A stretch of DNA of 64,000 nucleotides, from contig NZ_DAINBO010000006.1 in the NCBI RefSeq assembly GCF_036732845.1, positions 20,243 through 84,242 on the forward strand, written 5' to 3'. The first letter of the stretch is position 1. Every line of letters starts with the position of its first letter. This DNA is from Brevundimonas sp. GTDB taxonomy: Bacteria; Pseudomonadota; Alphaproteobacteria; Caulobacterales; Caulobacteraceae. The notes under the pieces are model-generated. The model did not search any database. It saw nothing but the letters and a program-made list of their open reading frames with translations, and was not told the DNA's origin. The position numbers and the translations under genes were made by a program. Of this stretch, positions 55,264 through 64,000 are shown one piece after another.

Positions 55264-56625
55264 ATGGCCGATACCGCGCCGCTCACCCGCGAAGACCTCA
55301 TCGGCGCCATGGCCAAGGGGATCAAGCCCAAGGCCCAGTGGCGCATCGGCGCCGAGCACGAGAAGTTCGGCTTCGACCGCCTGACCCTGCGCCGTCCCGC
55401 CTATGAAGGCGACAACGGCATCCAGGCCATGCTGACCGGCCTGACCCGTTTCGGCTGGAGCGAGGTGTCCGAGGGCGGCCACGTCATCGCCCTGGAGCGC
55501 AAGAACGCCGACGGCCTGACCGCCTCCATCAGCCTGGAGCCGGGCGGCCAGTTCGAACTGTCCGGCGCGCCCCTGCTGGACATCCACGAAATCTGTTCCG
55601 AGACCGGCCAGCATCTGATGGAGGTCAAGTCAGTGGCCGACCAGATCGGCCTGGGCTTCCTGGGCCTGGGCTTCGATCCGATGTGGCGGCGCCAGGACGT
55701 GCCGATCATGCCCAAGGGCCGCTACGACATCATGCGGTCCTATATGCCCAAGCGCGGCTCGCTGGGTTTGGACATGATGCTGCGCACCTGCACCATCCAG
55801 GCGAATCTCGACTTCGACAGCGAGGCCGACATGGTGCTGAAATTCCGCGCCAGCCTGGCGCTGCAACCCATCGCCACCGCCCTGTTCGCCAACAGCCCCT
55901 TTACCGAGGGCAAGCCCAACGGCTTCCTGTCGGCGCGCGCCAACGTCTGGACCGACACCGATCCCGACCGCACCGGCATGCTGGACTTCGTCTTCCAGGA
56001 CGGTTTCGGCTTCGAGCGTTACGCCGATTACGCCCTGGACACCCCGATGTATTTCGCCAAGCGCGACGGCCGATACATCGACGCCTCGGGCCAGTCGTTC
56101 CGCGACTTCATGGACGGACGCCTGCCCGCCCTGCCCGGCGAACGGCCGACCAAGGCGGACTGGGCCGATCACCTGACCACCCTGTTCCCCGAGGTGCGGC
56201 TGAAATCGTATCTGGAGATGCGCGGCGCCGACGGCGGCCCGTGGAGCCGCATCTGCGGCCTGCCCGCCCTGTGGACCGGCGTACTGTACGACGCCCCGTC
56301 TCTCGCCGCGGCGTGGGACCTGTGCAAGGACTGGGACATCGACGATCACGAGCGTCTGCGCCGCGACGTCACCCGCCTGGGCCTGAAAGCCACCGTCGCC
56401 GGCCGCACCGTCCAGGACGTGGCCAGGGACATGGTCCACATCGCCCGCGACGGCCTGAAGAACCGCGCCCGCTTCAGCGGCGGCATGGTCGATGAGCGCG
56501 GCTATCTGTCCGAACTGGAAGACATCGCCGACTCGGGCGTCACTCCGGCGGAACGGCTGCTGGACCTCTACAACGGCGCCTGGCAGGGCGACATCAGCCG
56601 GGTGTATCGCGACTTCGCCTACTGA
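55264..56625 (+). CDS. gshA: glutamate-cysteine ligase (plant/alphaproteobacterial type)
   Basis: 453 aa; WRIGAEHEKFGF, LEPGGQFELSGAP and YLEMRGADGGPW are typical of the GCS2 family. Confidence 0.9.
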   Translation: MADTAPLTREDLIGAMAKGIKPKAQWRIGAEHEKFGFDRLTLRRPAYEGDNGIQAMLTGLTRFGWSEVSEGGHVIALERKNADGLTASISLEPGGQFELSGAPLLDIHEICSETGQHLMEVKSVADQIGLGFLGLGFDPMWRRQDVPIMPKGRYDIMRSYMPKRGSLGLDMMLRTCTIQANLDFDSEADMVLKFRASLALQPIATALFANSPFTEGKPNGFLSARANVWTDTDPDRTGMLDFVFQDGFGFERYADYALDTPMYFAKRDGRYIDASGQSFRDFMDGRLPALPGERPTKADWADHLTTLFPEVRLKSYLEMRGADGGPWSRICGLPALWTGVLYDAPSLAAAWDLCKDWDIDDHERLRRDVTRLGLKATVAGRTVQDVARDMVHIARDGLKNRARFSGGMVDERGYLSELEDIADSGVTPAERLLDLYNGAWQGDISRVYRDFAY

Positions 56626-56667
56626 GGACGAAGTCGTGGCCAAAAGTCTGCGTTTCGGCGGCAGGGC

Positions 56668-57507
56668 ATGAGGATGATCTGGGAAGACGCCTTTCCGACT
56701 TCACCTCTTTTCAAGTTTCTTAGCCTTGCTGATGGGCAATATCCCCCTTGGCAGGACAGGGTTTCAGCGTACCTCGAAGGTAAGGCCTATCTTTCATCGC
56801 CTCTGGCTTTCAACGATCCCTTCGACTGCCTCCCGCCGGTGCTCTTGCCCAAGACGCTTGACGAATTCGAGGAGCAAAAACCGGCGTTTGCGCAGCGACT
56901 TCATCAGTCCATGCCGCATATGTCCGTAGCGGACATCACGTCCGTCATCGATCAGGCAATAGGTAATAGCAGCATAGATGCTTTTACCGAAATCACGCGA
57001 GAGAGCTTCAACAACAGCGGCGCCCAAATGGGCGTATTCTGTCTTGCTGAGTGTATCCAATCTGTCCTCATGTGGTCGCACTACGCCGATAATCACAAAG
57101 GTATAGCGCTTCGATTTGAGTTCCGTGGTCGCTTAGATTGCGGACTGATGCCACTCTTTAAGGTGCGTTACAGCAGCGAAAGGGCGGCCCTGACGGCGTT
57201 CTTTAGCGGAGACAACCAAGCAGAAGCGATTACCACCGCGCTTTGCACCAAAGCCGAATTTTGGAAATACGAACAGGAGTGGCGCTTTGTCGAACCGGCT
57301 GGTGCGGGAAAAACAATCGAGTTCGATCCAAAAGTCATTACGAGCATAGTTCTCGGCGCAAAGACCAGAGACGAAGATGCATTCTGGCTAATTGATCAGG
57401 GCATCAAGCGCGGCATTCCCGTGATGCGCGTTATTCCAAATCCCGAGACATTTGATCTCGGATTTTTTGGGGTTCATGACCCCTCAGGCCCGAAGCCAAG
57501 CCTGTAA
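56668..57507 (+). CDS. DUF2971 domain-containing protein, compositionally foreign
   Basis: 279 aa. The motifs AFNDPFD, LMWSHYADNHKGIALRF and FWKYEQEWRF match my recollection of DUF2971. Hand count of three 60-nt blocks gives 86/180 G+C (48%). Confidence 0.75.
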   Translation: MRMIWEDAFPTSPLFKFLSLADGQYPPWQDRVSAYLEGKAYLSSPLAFNDPFDCLPPVLLPKTLDEFEEQKPAFAQRLHQSMPHMSVADITSVIDQAIGNSSIDAFTEITRESFNNSGAQMGVFCLAECIQSVLMWSHYADNHKGIALRFEFRGRLDCGLMPLFKVRYSSERAALTAFFSGDNQAEAITTALCTKAEFWKYEQEWRFVEPAGAGKTIEFDPKVITSIVLGAKTRDEDAFWLIDQGIKRGIPVMRVIPNPETFDLGFFGVHDPSGPKPSL

Positions 57508-57525
57508 GGCAAAAGGAGAGTTCAG

Positions 57526-58275
57526 ATGACCGGAACCCTGCGCGTCGGCATCGGCGGCTGGACCTATGAGCCGTGGCGCGGCGTCTTCTACCCGGACAAG
57601 CTCAGCCAGAAGAAGGAGCTGGAGTTCGCCAGCCGCGCCCTGACCTCCATCGAGATCAACGGCACCTACTATTCCGGCTTCAAGATCGACACCTGGATGA
57701 AGTGGCGCGACGAGACGCCCGACGGCTTCGTCTTCGCGGTCAAGGCCAGCCGTTTCTGCACCAACCGGAAAATCCTGTCCGAGGGCGGCGACAGCGTGGG
57801 CCGGTTTCTGGATCAGGGGCTGACGGCCCTGGGCGACAAGCTGGGACCGATCAACTGGCAGTTCATGGCCACCAAGAAATTCGATCCCGTCGACTTCGAG
57901 GGCTTCCTGAAGCTGCTGCCCAAGGAAAAGGACGGCGTGCGTCTGCGCCACGCGCTGGAGGTCCGCAGCCCGACCTTCGACACGCAACAATTCTATGATC
58001 TGGCGGCGAAATACGGCGCGGCCATCGTCTATGCGGTCGACGACGAGGCGCCCGAATGGCCCCGCATCGACCAGCCGACCGCGGACTTCACCTACGCCCG
58101 ACTGATGTCCAGCCGCGAGGACGAGCCGACCGGCATGACCTCGGCCGAACTGGACGCGGTGGCGAAACAGACCAAGGACTGGGCCAGGCGCGGCGACGTC
58201 TTCGCCTATTTCATCGCCGGGGCGAAGGTGCGGAACCCCGCCGCCGCGCAAGCGCTGATCGAAAAACTCAAATAG
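57526..58275 (+). CDS. DUF72 domain-containing protein
   Basis: LRVGIGGWTYEPWRGVFYP...SIEINGTYY is the DUF72 N-terminal pattern. Confidence 0.85.
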   Translation: MTGTLRVGIGGWTYEPWRGVFYPDKLSQKKELEFASRALTSIEINGTYYSGFKIDTWMKWRDETPDGFVFAVKASRFCTNRKILSEGGDSVGRFLDQGLTALGDKLGPINWQFMATKKFDPVDFEGFLKLLPKEKDGVRLRHALEVRSPTFDTQQFYDLAAKYGAAIVYAVDDEAPEWPRIDQPTADFTYARLMSSREDEPTGMTSAELDAVAKQTKDWARRGDVFAYFIAGAKVRNPAAAQALIEKLK

Positions 58276-58298
58276 CCGCCAGATCGAAGGACCACCCC

Positions 58299-59357
58299 AT
58301 GCCCATCGCCACCCGCGCCTTCGCCGCCACCGCCTCGGACGCGCCCCTGTCGCGCTATGACTTCAACCGCCGCGACCCCGGCCCGGACGACGTGCTCATC
58401 GACATCAAATTCGCGGGCGTCTGCCATTCCGACCTGCACATCGTGAAGAACGACCTAGGCAACACCCGCTATCCGATCGTGCCCGGCCACGAGATCGCGG
58501 GCGTGGTCGCCGCCGTGGGCGATCAGGTCACCCGCTTCAAGGTCGGCGACCGGGTCGGCGTCGGCTGCATGGTCGACAGTTGCCGCCAGTGCAAACCCTG
58601 TCGTGATGGCGAAGAGCAGTATTGCGTCCCCGGCTTCGACCAGACCTATGGCTGGCCCGACCGCCACGCCGCCCAGTCGGGCGAGACCATCACCCAGGGC
58701 GGCTATTCCACCGCCATCGTGGTGGATCAGAACTATGTCGTGCGCATCCCCGACGCCCTGCCGCTGGACGCCGCCGCCCCGCTGCTGTGCGCGGGCATCA
58801 CCACCTATTCGCCGCTGCGCCATTGGAAGGTCGGGCCGGGGTCCAAGGTGGCGGTGATCGGCCTGGGCGGCCTGGGCCATATGGCGGTCAAACAGGCCGC
58901 CGCGATGGGCGCCGAGGTCACCGTGCTGTCGACCTCGGATCGCAAGAAGGCCGACGCCGAACGCATGGGCGCCAAGCATTTCCTGATCAACTCCGACCAG
59001 GCGGCCATGGCGGCGGCGGCCGAGAGCTTCGACCTGATCATCAACACCGTCTCGGCCACGCATGAGATCGCGGGCCACGTGCAATTGCTGGCCAAGGACG
59101 GGACCATGATCATGCTGGGCCTGTCGACCGAGGGGCTGCCCATCTACGCCCTGGGCCTGTTGTGGCGCCGCCGCGCCGTGGCCGGCAGCCTGATCGGCGG
59201 CATCCGCGAGACCCAGGAGATGTTGGATTTCTGCGCCGAGCACGGCATCGCCTGCGACATCGAACTGTTGGCCCCCGATCAGATCAACACGGCCTATGAA
59301 CGGCTGGAGAAGTCGGACGTGCGCTATCGTTTCGTCTTGGACATGAGCCGGATCTAG
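58299..59357 (+). CDS. NAD(P)-dependent zinc-type alcohol dehydrogenase (YahK/CAD-like)
   Basis: 352 aa from ATG 58299. GVCHSDLH, GHEIAGVV, the structural zinc Cys cluster (CRQCKPCRDGEEQYC), and GLGGLGHMAV. Confidence 0.9.
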   Translation: MPIATRAFAATASDAPLSRYDFNRRDPGPDDVLIDIKFAGVCHSDLHIVKNDLGNTRYPIVPGHEIAGVVAAVGDQVTRFKVGDRVGVGCMVDSCRQCKPCRDGEEQYCVPGFDQTYGWPDRHAAQSGETITQGGYSTAIVVDQNYVVRIPDALPLDAAAPLLCAGITTYSPLRHWKVGPGSKVAVIGLGGLGHMAVKQAAAMGAEVTVLSTSDRKKADAERMGAKHFLINSDQAAMAAAAESFDLIINTVSATHEIAGHVQLLAKDGTMIMLGLSTEGLPIYALGLLWRRRAVAGSLIGGIRETQEMLDFCAEHGIACDIELLAPDQINTAYERLEKSDVRYRFVLDMSRI

Positions 59358-59482
59358 CCGCCCGCGCCTCCCCTCCACGTCGTGAGGAGGAGAAATTTGG
59401 CGCCGCACGTTGAGATCGCTAATGCTTTCTCCTGAAGGCGGCCCGTCCAGAGGCCGTCGCCAGGGACATAAAGGAAGCGCAC

Positions 59483-60208
59483 ATGGCTCGAACGGCTCTC
59501 GTCACGGGCGGAACCCGCGGCATCGGCAAGGCGATCGTCCAGCGATTGAAGGAAGACGGCATGCAGGTGGCCGCCGGCTATTCCGGCAACACCGAGGCCG
59601 CCGAAGCCACCGCCCGCGAACTGGGCGTCATGGTGGTCAAGGGCAACGTCGGCTCGTTCGAGGACTGCCAGCGCGCCGTGGCCGAGGTCGAGGCTCAACT
59701 GGGACCCATCGACGTGCTGATCAACAACGCCGGCATCACCCGCGACGGCTTCTTCCACAAGATGAGCGCCGACCAGTGGTCCGACGTGATCCGGGTCAAT
59801 ATGGACTCGGTCTTCAACATGACGCGCCAGGTCATCAACGGCATGCGCGACCGGGGCTTCGGCCGCATCGTCAACATCTCGTCGATCAACGGCCAGAAGG
59901 GCCAGATCGGCCAGACCAACTATTCCGCCGCCAAGGCCGGGATGATCGGCTTCACCAAGGCCCTGGCCCTGGAGAACGCGCGCAAGGGCGTGACGGTCAA
60001 CTGCATCGCCCCCGGCTATATCGACACCGAAATGGTCGGCGCCATGGACCAGAAGGTGCTGGACAGCATCATCGCCCAGATCCCCGTCGGCCGCCTGGGC
60101 AAGGGCGAGGAGATCGCCGACATGGTGTCCTGGCTGTCAGGCGAACGTGCCGGATATGTCACAGGCTGCACCCTATCGCTGAACGGCGGTCAGTATCTGG
60201 TCGGCTAA
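59483..60208 (+). CDS. phbB: acetoacetyl-CoA reductase
   Basis: 241 aa SDR with VTGGTRGIGKAI, NNAGITRD and YSAAKAG. The overall PhbB-like sequence ends in GGQYL. Confidence 0.9.
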   Translation: MARTALVTGGTRGIGKAIVQRLKEDGMQVAAGYSGNTEAAEATARELGVMVVKGNVGSFEDCQRAVAEVEAQLGPIDVLINNAGITRDGFFHKMSADQWSDVIRVNMDSVFNMTRQVINGMRDRGFGRIVNISSINGQKGQIGQTNYSAAKAGMIGFTKALALENARKGVTVNCIAPGYIDTEMVGAMDQKVLDSIIAQIPVGRLGKGEEIADMVSWLSGERAGYVTGCTLSLNGGQYLVG

Positions 60209-60267
60209 GCTCAAGCTTGGGGATCGGCGCCTAAAATCCGCCTCCGCCTGATGGCGACTATCCGGGC

Positions 60268-61071
60268 ATGAAGTTGAGGGTCACGGTCTTGCGGGCGGTT
60301 GCGCCCCTCGCCGCCGCGACGGCGTTCGCCGTCGCGGGAACGGCCCTGTCGCCGCTGATCACGGCCGACGCGGCCGCGGCCCAGACGGGCGGCAACGCCC
60401 AGGCGCAACAGAGCCGATCCCTGCGCGACCGCCTGTTCAGCCGCAACCTGCCCGCCCAGGGCCGTTACGTCGCCGAATCCGGCCAGGGCTTCGTTCTGGA
60501 CCGCAGCGAATCGACGCCGTTGCTGCGTTTCGACCGCAGCGTCGAGACCTGGGCCTTGCGTCCCACCCCCGCCCCGCGCGGCGATGTGCTGTATCGCAAC
60601 GACGCGGGCGAGTTGGTGCTGCGCGTCACCGCCGACGGCGGCATGACCCTGTACACCAAACGGGTTCCCGCCGGTTCGCCCGTCACCCTGGCCGGACCGG
60701 GCGAAAGCCTGACCCCGCCGACCCTGGGTCCGGTGCAATTGTTCAACCTGATGGCCCGGCGCAGCGCCCTGGTCTCGGCCGCCCTGGGCCGCCTGGTCGA
60801 GATCAATCTGTCGGGCGAGAGGTCCGAGGCCCTGTCGGTCGACGCCCTGATCGTCACCACCGACGCCGTGGTGCGCATGGCCCGCTCAGCCACCGCGCGC
60901 GGCTATCTGGCCCGGCTGCGCAGCATCACCATCGTCGAGGGCGACCGCGTCTCGGCCACCTATGCGCGCGGCGATCTGCGCATCGTCGTCGATCCCGACC
61001 GAGGCCCCGCGGGCCGTCCCTCCTCGGCGCGCATCATCAACGCCTTCGCCGACGAACAGGTCAGCCGCTGA
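60268..61071 (+). CDS. exported hypothetical protein (possibly DUF4908)
   Basis: 267 aa with a signal peptide (VAPLAAATAFAVAG). No motif recognised. The family name is from memory of gloB-adjacent genes and is tentative. Confidence 0.65.
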   Translation: MKLRVTVLRAVAPLAAATAFAVAGTALSPLITADAAAAQTGGNAQAQQSRSLRDRLFSRNLPAQGRYVAESGQGFVLDRSESTPLLRFDRSVETWALRPTPAPRGDVLYRNDAGELVLRVTADGGMTLYTKRVPAGSPVTLAGPGESLTPPTLGPVQLFNLMARRSALVSAALGRLVEINLSGERSEALSVDALIVTTDAVVRMARSATARGYLARLRSITIVEGDRVSATYARGDLRIVVDPDRGPAGRPSSARIINAFADEQVSR

Positions 61072-61789
61072 ACCCGTCCTTGGCCGCCCGTCGCCGGGCG
61101 AACTCGGCCGCATCTCCGGCCGTCAGGAAGGGGTTGAACCGCTTCTCGACCCCCAACACCGTCGGCACGGTCGCTTGGCCCCGCGCACGCGCCGCGAAGA
61201 TCGCCTCGGCGTGCGCCTTCATCTCGGGCCGGTCGTCCAGGCTCAGGGCGAAACGGGCGTTGGAGGCGGTGTATTCGTGCGCGCACCAGATCCGCGTGTC
61301 GTCCGACCAGGCCGCCAGGGCGCCCAGGCTGGCGAACATCTGATCCGCCGTCCCCTCGAACAGACGTCCGCACCCCAGGGCGAACAGCGTATCGCCCACG
61401 AAGGCCTCGCCGTCGGCCGCGCTGCGATAGACGACATGGCCCAGGGTGTGGCCCGGCGTGGCCGTGACCTCCAGCGCCGTCTCGCCCAGCATGACGGTCT
61501 CGCCGCCCGCCACGACCCGGTCCAGCGGCGCGATCTTCCGCACCTCCTCCGGTCCCACGATCTCGCAGTTCGTCGCCGCCTGAACCGCCGCGTTCCCGCC
61601 CGCGTGGTCGGCGTGCCAGTGGGTGTTCAGGATCAGGTCCAGCCGCCCCCAGCCGGTCGCCTCCAGCTCGGCCAGAATGCGGTCGGCGTCGGGCGTGTCG
61701 ATCGTCGCCACCGCGCCCGTCGCGGCGTCACGCACCAGAAAGCCGTAGTTGTCGCCGAGGCAGGGGAACATTCGGATGTCGAGGGCCAT
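61061..61789 (-). CDS. gloB: hydroxyacylglutathione hydrolase
   Basis: ILNTHWHADHAGGN metallo-beta-lactamase motif. 242 aa. The C-terminus FNPFLT is typical of GloB. Confidence 0.92.
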   Translation of the reverse strand: MALDIRMFPCLGDNYGFLVRDAATGAVATIDTPDADRILAELEATGWGRLDLILNTHWHADHAGGNAAVQAATNCEIVGPEEVRKIAPLDRVVAGGETVMLGETALEVTATPGHTLGHVVYRSAADGEAFVGDTLFALGCGRLFEGTADQMFASLGALAAWSDDTRIWCAHEYTASNARFALSLDDRPEMKAHAEAIFAARARGQATVPTVLGVEKRFNPFLTAGDAAEFARRRAAKDGFSG

Positions 61790-61834
61790 GGCCCCATCCT
61801 AGCCCCACACGCCTGGTCGGCCTATGGTCCATCC

Positions 61835-62617
61835 ATGCGTCGCGCCATCGAGGAATTGCGGGCCTTCTACGGCGAACCAGCCGGGGTGCTGACCCGTCGG
61901 CTGATCGCGCGTCGCCTCGCCGACGCCTGGGGCGAGGCCGACGGCTGCGACGTGCTGGGGATCGGCTACGCCACGCCGTGGCTCGACGCCTTCGTCGGCG
62001 CCCGCCGCACGATCGCCGCCATGCCCGGCGGCCAGGGGGTCGAACCCTGGCCCGCCGCCTCGGCCCGCAACCGCGCCCTCTTGGTCGAGGATGCGCGCCT
62101 GCCCTTCGCCGCGGGCGCCTTTGACCGCATCCTGCTGGTCCACGCCCTGGAAGAGGCCGACGACGCCCGCGCCCTGATGCTGGAGGCGGTGCGCGCCCTG
62201 GCCCCGGCGGGGCGCATCATCCTGGTCGCGGCGGCGCGCGGCGGCCTGTGGGCGCGCGCGGAATCGACGCCCTTCGGCCACGGCCGTCCCTTCACTCGCC
62301 GTCAGATGGAGCGTCTGGTGCGCGAGGCGGGCCTGGAGCCGCTGGCCTGGTCCGCCACCCTGTTCACCCCGCCCTGGCCGCCGCTGTTCTCCCTGGCCGA
62401 GGGTTGGGAGCAGGTGGCGCGCCGCCTCGCGCCCGGCTCGGCGGGGGTCGTCCTGCTGGAGGCGGGCCGCCGCGCCTACGCCCCAGTGCGCCCCGGCCTG
62501 GCCGAACAGGCCGCCGCCGCCCTGGGCGATCTGGCACCCCAGCCGGTCACGCCCGTTCCCGCGTCCAGGGGGTCTTGCGCCGCAAGACATCTGGTCTCTG
62601 GGACCGAACGCCCTTAA
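61835..62617 (+). CDS. class I SAM-dependent methyltransferase
   Basis: 260 aa from ATG 61835, divergent from gloB. CDVLGIGYATPW, FDRILLVHALEE and LAPAGRIILV resemble methyltransferase motifs I, II and post-II. Confidence 0.75.
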   Translation: MRRAIEELRAFYGEPAGVLTRRLIARRLADAWGEADGCDVLGIGYATPWLDAFVGARRTIAAMPGGQGVEPWPAASARNRALLVEDARLPFAAGAFDRILLVHALEEADDARALMLEAVRALAPAGRIILVAAARGGLWARAESTPFGHGRPFTRRQMERLVREAGLEPLAWSATLFTPPWPPLFSLAEGWEQVARRLAPGSAGVVLLEAGRRAYAPVRPGLAEQAAAALGDLAPQPVTPVPASRGSCAARHLVSGTERP

Positions 62618-62626
62618 GGCGAGGCC

Positions 62627-63130
62627 ATGCACCGCCTGATCCTGATGCGCCACGCCGAGGCCGAGCGCGCCCATCCGGGCGGCGACCGCGAACGTCCGCT
62701 CAGCGCCCGAGGCCGCGATGACGCGGGCGTCATGGGCCGCACCCTGGCCCGGCGCGGCCTGCGGCCCGACCTGGCCCTGGTCTCGTCCGCCGTCCGCACC
62801 CGCCAGACCTGGGATCTGATGCAGGACGCCTTCGGCGACGTCGAGGTGCGGATCGAACCGGACCTCTACAACGCCCCGGCCGAGATGCTGCGCGCCCTGA
62901 TCGCCGAGGCGGCCGAGAACGCGGGCTGCCTCTTGGTTCTGGCCCACAATCCGGGCGTCCCCGTGCTGGCGGGCGACTATCTGTTGCAGGCCGCCGCCTC
63001 GCCCGCCTTGATGGAGCGGATGACCGGCGGCTTTCCGCCCGGCTCGGCCGCGGTCTTCGCCATCGACCCGCAAGGCCGCCGGACGCACGAAGCCTATCTG
63101 ACCCCGCGCGATCCGGGCGTCCTGGCGTGA
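62627..63130 (+). CDS. SixA-type histidine phosphatase family protein
   Basis: LILMRHAEAE...RPLSARG is the RHG phosphohistidine motif. 167 aa. Confidence 0.8.
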   Translation: MHRLILMRHAEAERAHPGGDRERPLSARGRDDAGVMGRTLARRGLRPDLALVSSAVRTRQTWDLMQDAFGDVEVRIEPDLYNAPAEMLRALIAEAAENAGCLLVLAHNPGVPVLAGDYLLQAAASPALMERMTGGFPPGSAAVFAIDPQGRRTHEAYLTPRDPGVLA

Positions 63131-63474
63131 GCGACGTCGCCTATAAGATCGTCTCGGCCGCCGACTGGGTCTCGATCCAGGCCGCCGGCGGCTATGACGG
63201 CTCGGCGGTGGATCTGCGCGACGGCTACATCCACCTGTCCGCCGCCGATCAATTGGCGGGCACGGCGGCCAAACACTATGCCGGTCGCGCCGACCTGAGG
63301 CTGCTGGACGTGGACCTGACGCCCTATGGCCAGGCGATCGTGTGGGAGCCGTCTCGCGGCGGCGCCCTGTTCCCGCACCTGTACGGCCGCCTGTCCGTCG
63401 CGAGCGTCAGCCGCGTCCGCGCCTTCCATGTCCGCCAGGACGGCGAAATGGTCTTCGAGGAGGACCCGGCGTGA
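63127..63474 (+). CDS. DUF952 domain-containing protein
   Basis: 115 aa with a GTGA overlap with the upstream gene. YKIVSAADW...DGYIHLSAADQL...FPHLYG is the DUF952 pattern. Confidence 0.75.
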   Translation: MSDVAYKIVSAADWVSIQAAGGYDGSAVDLRDGYIHLSAADQLAGTAAKHYAGRADLRLLDVDLTPYGQAIVWEPSRGGALFPHLYGRLSVASVSRVRAFHVRQDGEMVFEEDPA

Positions 63475-64000
63475 GCCTGGGCGACCTCGGCGCCTGGACC
63501 TTGCGGCGGCTGGACCCCGAGACGGCGCACAGACTGGCCGTGCGCGGCCTGTCGGTCCTGCCCGCACCCGTCGCGCCCGCCGACGACCCGATCCTGCACA
63601 CCACGCTGGCGGGTCTGAGCCTGCCCAATCCCATCGGCCTAGCCGCCGGTCTGGACAAGGACGGCGAGGCCATCGGCGGGCTGTCGCGCCTGGGCTTCGG
63701 CTTCGTCGAATGCGGCTCGGTCACGCCCCGGCCGCAGCCGGGCAATCCGAAGCCGCGCCTGTTCCGCCTGAGCGAAGACCGCGCCGTCATCAACCGCATG
63801 GGCTTCAACAATGCGGGCCTGGACGCCTTCGCCGCCCGGCTGGACCGGCGCCCGCGCGGCGTGGTCGTCGGCGCCAATCTGGGGGCCAATAAGGAGACCG
63901 AGGACAAGGCCGCCGACTATGTGACGGGCCTGCGCCGTCTGGCCGGACGCGCCGCCTATTTCACCATCAACATCTCCTCGCCCAACACGCCCGGCCTGCG
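63471..64000 (+). CDS. pyrD: dihydroorotate dehydrogenase (quinone), partial, runs off the right edge
   Basis: A GTG at 63471 (GTGA overlap) opens a frame with no stop to the window end. My hand translation gives LPNPIGLAAGLDKDGEAI...GFGFVECGSVTPRPQPGNPKPRLFRL..AVINRMGFNN..NISSPNTPGL, typical of class 2 PyrD. Confidence 0.9.
   Translation, partial: MSLGDLGAWTLRRLDPETAHRLAVRGLSVLPAPVAPADDPILHTTLAGLSLPNPIGLAAGLDKDGEAIGGLSRLGFGFVECGSVTPRPQPGNPKPRLFRLSEDRAVINRMGFNNAGLDAFAARLDRRPRGVVVGANLGANKETEDKAADYVTGLRRLAGRAAYFTINISSPNTPGL

Overview
This is a high-GC alphaproteobacterial chromosomal segment. A hand-counted core-gene block is about 70% G+C. Gene content and TTAACC(A/G)TG promoter boxes suggest a Caulobacterales-like (Brevundimonas/Caulobacter-type) organism; that assignment is inference only.

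The left 6 kb holds a flagellar export and proximal-rod cluster: fliQ-fliR-flhB, flgB-flgC-fliE, and fliO-fliP, with folE and hup interspersed. The rest is mostly densely packed housekeeping and accessory-metabolism genes:
- information processing: tRNA-Arg(CCU), Suv3-like helicase, fdxA, carD, rpmB, gluQ, cspA, lepA, rsmE
- stress and redox: ppk2, katG, gshA, gloB
- transport: RND efflux pair, TonB-dependent receptor, nhaA
- metabolism: ubiA, selO, a MerR plus two acyl-CoA dehydrogenase block, phbB, pyrD
- an M1 peptidase and a hybrid histidine kinase

I found no CRISPR array, integrase, transposase, prophage or rRNA, and no convincing multi-gene novel system. The most unusual items are:
1. 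A short exosortase-family protein translationally coupled to a polytopic partner, next to the tRNA, with no visible substrate.
2. Three or four compositionally foreign single genes wedged almost scarlessly into conserved gene neighbourhoods: a 4-TM orphan directly after lepA, a 118-aa 1-TM ORF slotted between two acyl-CoA dehydrogenase genes, a DUF2971 protein between gshA and a DUF72 gene, and a GIY-YIG nuclease bracketed by palindromic hairpins.
3. A GGGGAGG-type multi-hairpin repeat family, one copy of which lies in the fliO-fliP junction.
4. Several operator-like repeats.

All functional calls come from reading the translated ORFs and motifs by eye. No database search was run.
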